Below, in pieces: positions 59,907 to 64,000 of a stretch of 64,000 nucleotides of DNA. Below the pieces are notes generated by a model that had not been told where the DNA came from, made no database searches, and saw nothing but the letters and a program-made list of their open reading frames with translations. How positions within the stretch are numbered: position 1 is the stretch's first letter; each line of letters starts with the position of its first letter. Position numbers and translations under genes: made by a program. The stretch comes from Eledone cirrhosa. Taxonomy: Eukaryota. Where the stretch lies: assembly GCA_964016885.1 (NCBI GenBank), contig CAXHJY010001477.1, positions 186,001 through 250,000 on the forward strand, written 5' to 3'.

Positions 59907-62900
59907 TTTCTTTATTTGCCACCAGGGCACAAAAGGTAGGGACAGATACAAGGGGGGAAGTTTACATATAATTAACGAGTACAAAAATATAAAAGTAAAA
60001 TAACAACAACAAACGAAGTCCTCAATAGGGAGGGCATTAACATGGGTCGCACACACCCCGGAAAATATGTGCAACCCTTCTCCTCAGGGCACAAAGAGTA
60101 GGTGCTTCCCCCGTCTCCTCTTTTTCCTCTTCTTTCACCTACAGGCTGATATAGAGAGAAGACCCATTCACTCTGGCCATTCTCCCTACTTTCACCCACC
60201 TTTCATAAAACTTGCTGGGGTAGAGCACCTCTCTCTCCATTCTGATCCTTCTTTTAAAATGGTATTTGAAAAAGGGGACCAGTTGTTGGCCGGAGAGAAA
60301 GGTGTCTGACCTCAGCCCTTTCAGCCTCGTCCACCATACAACTTCTTTAGCCATGGCTACCACACAGAGAAAAACCGCCTCTCTTTCGTTTTTGAAAGGG
60401 GGAGGCGGTTTGATCGTGACAATGGACTCGGTGGTCAACCGGATTGGTCCCACCCTCAACAGCAGTCGTTCCACATAGCCCCACAGGTCAGCAATGCCTG
60501 GGCAGTGTACGAATGCGTGTGCAACGGTTTTGTCGTCATGCATGCATCTCGGACAGATCTTAATCAAAGGATCCCTACCCAGGCTCCCATGCCTGTGGAG
60601 CTTGTCTCGAACGGGTAGAGCCCCTGGGTAGCACTGCCAAGCCAGGGACTTTTGTAAGTTGTCCATCGGTCCAGGGCCAAACGTCCTACCGAACAGACTG
60701 GTCAGTTCACCTTCCTCCATGCCTAGAACTTCTGCGAGAGCATCATCGCACCTGCTGCGTACCAACCCTCTATAGAAGTGGTGTCTCCACTGATTGCCGG
60801 GTCCGCTTTCCAGAGGGACGTGAGCGCCTGGGCACATTCAATGTGCCAGTCGCCATCTTTTCTCGGTCTTTGCTTGACCCAGGATTGCAGCTCTGTGAGC
60901 GAGACGAGTCTGGGAAAGGCTCGCCTCACAAACGGGGCCCACACCGGTTGACCAGTGAGGAATACCTGGAGGTGCCGTAGCCTTAAAGCGTGTTTACGCA
61001 TCTGTAGCCACGGCATCCCAGCCCTCCTTTCGAAGGGTGTTGACAGCAGATGGATCTCCTCACCAAAGGGGTCCGCTTGTTCCAAAGAAATTGGAACAGC
61101 GCGCACTCCATTTTGGCGAGTCTTTTCATTGGGCAAGCCACGACGGTCAAGCGGTAGCAGATGACGGATGCTATATAAGTATTCGCCACCTCCGCTCGAC
61201 CTTTCAGGGATAGTTTGCACTGGGCCCACTTCTGGGCGAGTGCAAACACCCTGGCCGTTACCTCGTTCCAGTTTTTCTCCACCTGGAGGTCTGGTCTGAA
61301 CCAGACCCTCCGTCCAGCGTCCGACGACGTCGTTGGAGGGCATCGGTTTGCCTCTCCATGTTCCGAGTTGCAAACCGACGGACTTGTCCCGGTTCAGCTT
61401 GGCTCCTGTAAACCTTTCATATTCCTCCAGTAAGGTGCCGATCTCACCGAATTGCGAGGTTCTCGACACCATTACTGTCACGTCATCGGCGTAGGCCGAC
61501 GCCGCTTTCTGCAATCCCGGTTCCAAAGATGCCCTGCAACCGCTCCAACTTCCACAGTAGTGGCTCAAGAGCCAGCACATACAGAAGGGAGGAGAGAGGG
61601 CATCCTTGTCGGATGGATCACATGATTTGGAACGGCTCCGAGAGGTGGCCGTTCACCTTGACCCTTGAGCAGACCTTGAGCAGACAGTGCATCGCAGCAA
61701 TCCAACACCTGAAAACGGGTCCAAAGCCTGCCGCCGCGAGCACCGCATCCAGGTAACGATGGTCAACCCTATCGAAAGCTTTAGATTGATCCAAGTTGAT
61801 CAGGGCCCCACCAAAGCCGGGTTCATTCCCTACCCTCTCTATGATGTATCGCATAAGATGGAGATTGTCGTGAATGGACCTGGACGGGATTGCGCATGTC
61901 TGCGCTTCTCCCAACAGGTTTCCAACGACAAGTGCCAACCTCTTCGCTAACACCTTGGCCAAAATCTTTAACTCTGCATTTAGCAGAGTTATGGGCCTGA
62001 AGTTACCTATGTCATCCCCCTTGTTCTCGTCCTTCCTCACCAGTGTAACTACGCCCTTGGCTACAGAACTGGGAATTCTCCTGTTCTGCTGCCAGTTGCA
62101 GTAGACCGCTTTGAGGATATCGGAGAACAAGTCCGGCATCGCTACATATAGCTCGTATGGTAGACCATCGAGACCCAGGGATTTGCATTTGCCGCATTGG
62201 CTCAGCGCCGCCCCTATCTCAGCAGCTGAAATCGTCCTTTCGCAGGACTTCGCCTCCGCGTCCGAGAGGCGCGGCAGACCGTCGAGGTATGGATTGAAAT
62301 CCATAGTCTCACCCGGCTCGCCCCCCCTCTCGAACAGTCGTGCAAAGTGCCGCTGAAAGGCCGCACACATCTGCCCAGGTTCAAGGATCACACGCCCATC
62401 CTGGTCCTTCAAAAACCGAATCGTGGACTTGTTCCCACTTTTTGCCTGTCACTCGGGCCCAGCTCACAGCTTTGGCTCCCTCATTACCCAGAGCACGTAT
62501 TTTACTCCTGACAACGCAGCCTTCATGCTTCACCTCAAAGAACTGGTCTAAGGCCATTCTTGATGCCAGCACGCTGGCTACATTGCCACTCCTAATCGCC
62601 TCTTCTACTCTATCTACTAATTGCCTTTCCATCTTGTTCCTATCCCTTGCTAATTCCTGACTAAAACCTATCGATTCTATTCTAATTGCTCTCTTAAGAG
62701 AGCTCCACCACCTGTTGTTGACAATTGCCCCTGTCAAACTCTGCTTAACTAACGTGCTAATCCGTTTACTGTAAGCTTTGCTTGTCGGTAAGGACAAGTT
62801 CAGCTTCCAGTAACCGGGTCCCTGTCTATGGGTTCTATCAAAGTTGGTTATGCAGGTCACTAACTTGTGATCCGAATAGTCAACCATGAACATTTTTGGA

Positions 62901-64000
62901 CAGCTAAATGTGTCCCTATCCTTCTCTCTAACTAGGACCCTATCTAGGTATGACCTAGATGTTCTGCTGAGATTGGTCCACGTCCATAGTGTTACAGTCG
63001 GAAAATCTAGTCGATATCTATCGGCCAGGTCAAATCGGCCGATTAACCTTTTGAGGCTTTTACACCCACCTCTATTGGCACATGCCCCTACATAGTCCCA
63101 ACGTGCATCTAGGATACCATTCCAGTCCTCCACTAAAAGCAAGGAGCGGGACGTTCCCAGAAAAGTTTCCAGACGTTGGAAGTATTCCGGCCGCGCTGCC
63201 CAAAAAGGGGCATACACAGCTATTAGTCTAAGGGCTCCACTTTCACTACTGCCGACGTCTAAAACCACCAGTCGACCCTCCGGGTCCAGGTGCACCTTCT
63301 GTATAGCGAGGCCCAGGTGTTTTCGCAGCAGAACGACAACTCCACCCCCACCCCCGGTTGACAGAGATGCGAAGATCTCAAAGTCGTCGAAGAGCGGCGC
63401 CAGTTGGTGCTCGCTGCTGATCCTGGACTCGCAAATAGCCATTACATCCATTCTATGCGACCTGAGATCGTTTAAAAGTTTGCCTTGTTTCCAAGACAGT
63501 CCCAGGCCGCGTACATTCAGACACCCAACTCTTATATCAGCCATGTTGGTTAAAAGAGGAAGGACCTACCTGTTCGGCTCCTGAGGAGCAGGTTGCACAA
63601 TATCCATGGGCGTATTGGAGGGGTTGTTTGGTGGGGTGTTGTTCTGTGGTGGAGTGGGGGTGTTTGGTGAGGTGTGGGTGGGGAAACGTTTCAAGAGGAC
63701 GCGGTTATAGGGTCGAGTACATGTTTTCCCCACGTCCTCAGGAAAGTTCTCTCTTAGTTTTGCATAGGTGTCCATTGGGAGTCTTATCATTTTTAAATGC
63801 GGTTTGTTGGCCGCGCTTGCAAAGAATTGCCCTTCAGTTTCCACCGAAGGGTCTTTGTGTATTGTTTTTACTAGTTCTTTGTTATTTGTGTTAATGTATG
63901 TATACTGTTTTATTTGTGTTGTGTTTGTTTGTTGTTCTTGTGTGTGCTTACGTTTTGTTGTATGTGTTATGTTTTGGGGTGGGGCGGATTTTGTTTGTTC
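59907..64000 (-). mobile_element. Tx1-clade element copy 3, more diverged, several frameshifts and deletions; 5' part lies beyond the window
   Basis: ORF2 (60139-63544) is broken into several ORFs; ORF1 C-terminus runs from the window end to 63566. Confidence 0.93.

Overview
Eukaryotic, repeat-saturated DNA. The RTE, SINE and MITE-like repeat content looks cephalopod (Octopus-like); this is an inference, not a database result. 1-15.2 kb is a (GA)n/GTGTCTGTATGTAA minisatellite with higher-order structure, lying in an intron just 3' of two phase-compatible minus-strand exons of an unidentified host gene (16295-16401, 15219-15443). 15.5-38 kb is a mosaic: RTE-LINE fragments with (GAT)n tails, tRNA-derived SINEs, an internally deleted Gypsy LTR element, a Penelope-like remnant, four minisatellites, two long palindromes each built from a type I hammerhead-ribozyme motif, and a bipartite RTE derivative with a possible HDV-like ribozyme. 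From 38.3 kb to the end is a 72-bp satellite array that begins inside a TTAA|CCC-ended element. It is interrupted by three RTE insertions and by three same-orientation Tx1-clade non-LTR retrotransposons, all at essentially the same position of the 72-bp unit; copy 1 has intact ORF1 and ORF2. The best candidates for an undescribed system are the satellite-targeting Tx1 family and the hammerhead palindromes. Most long ORFs in the ORF track are repeat artefacts.
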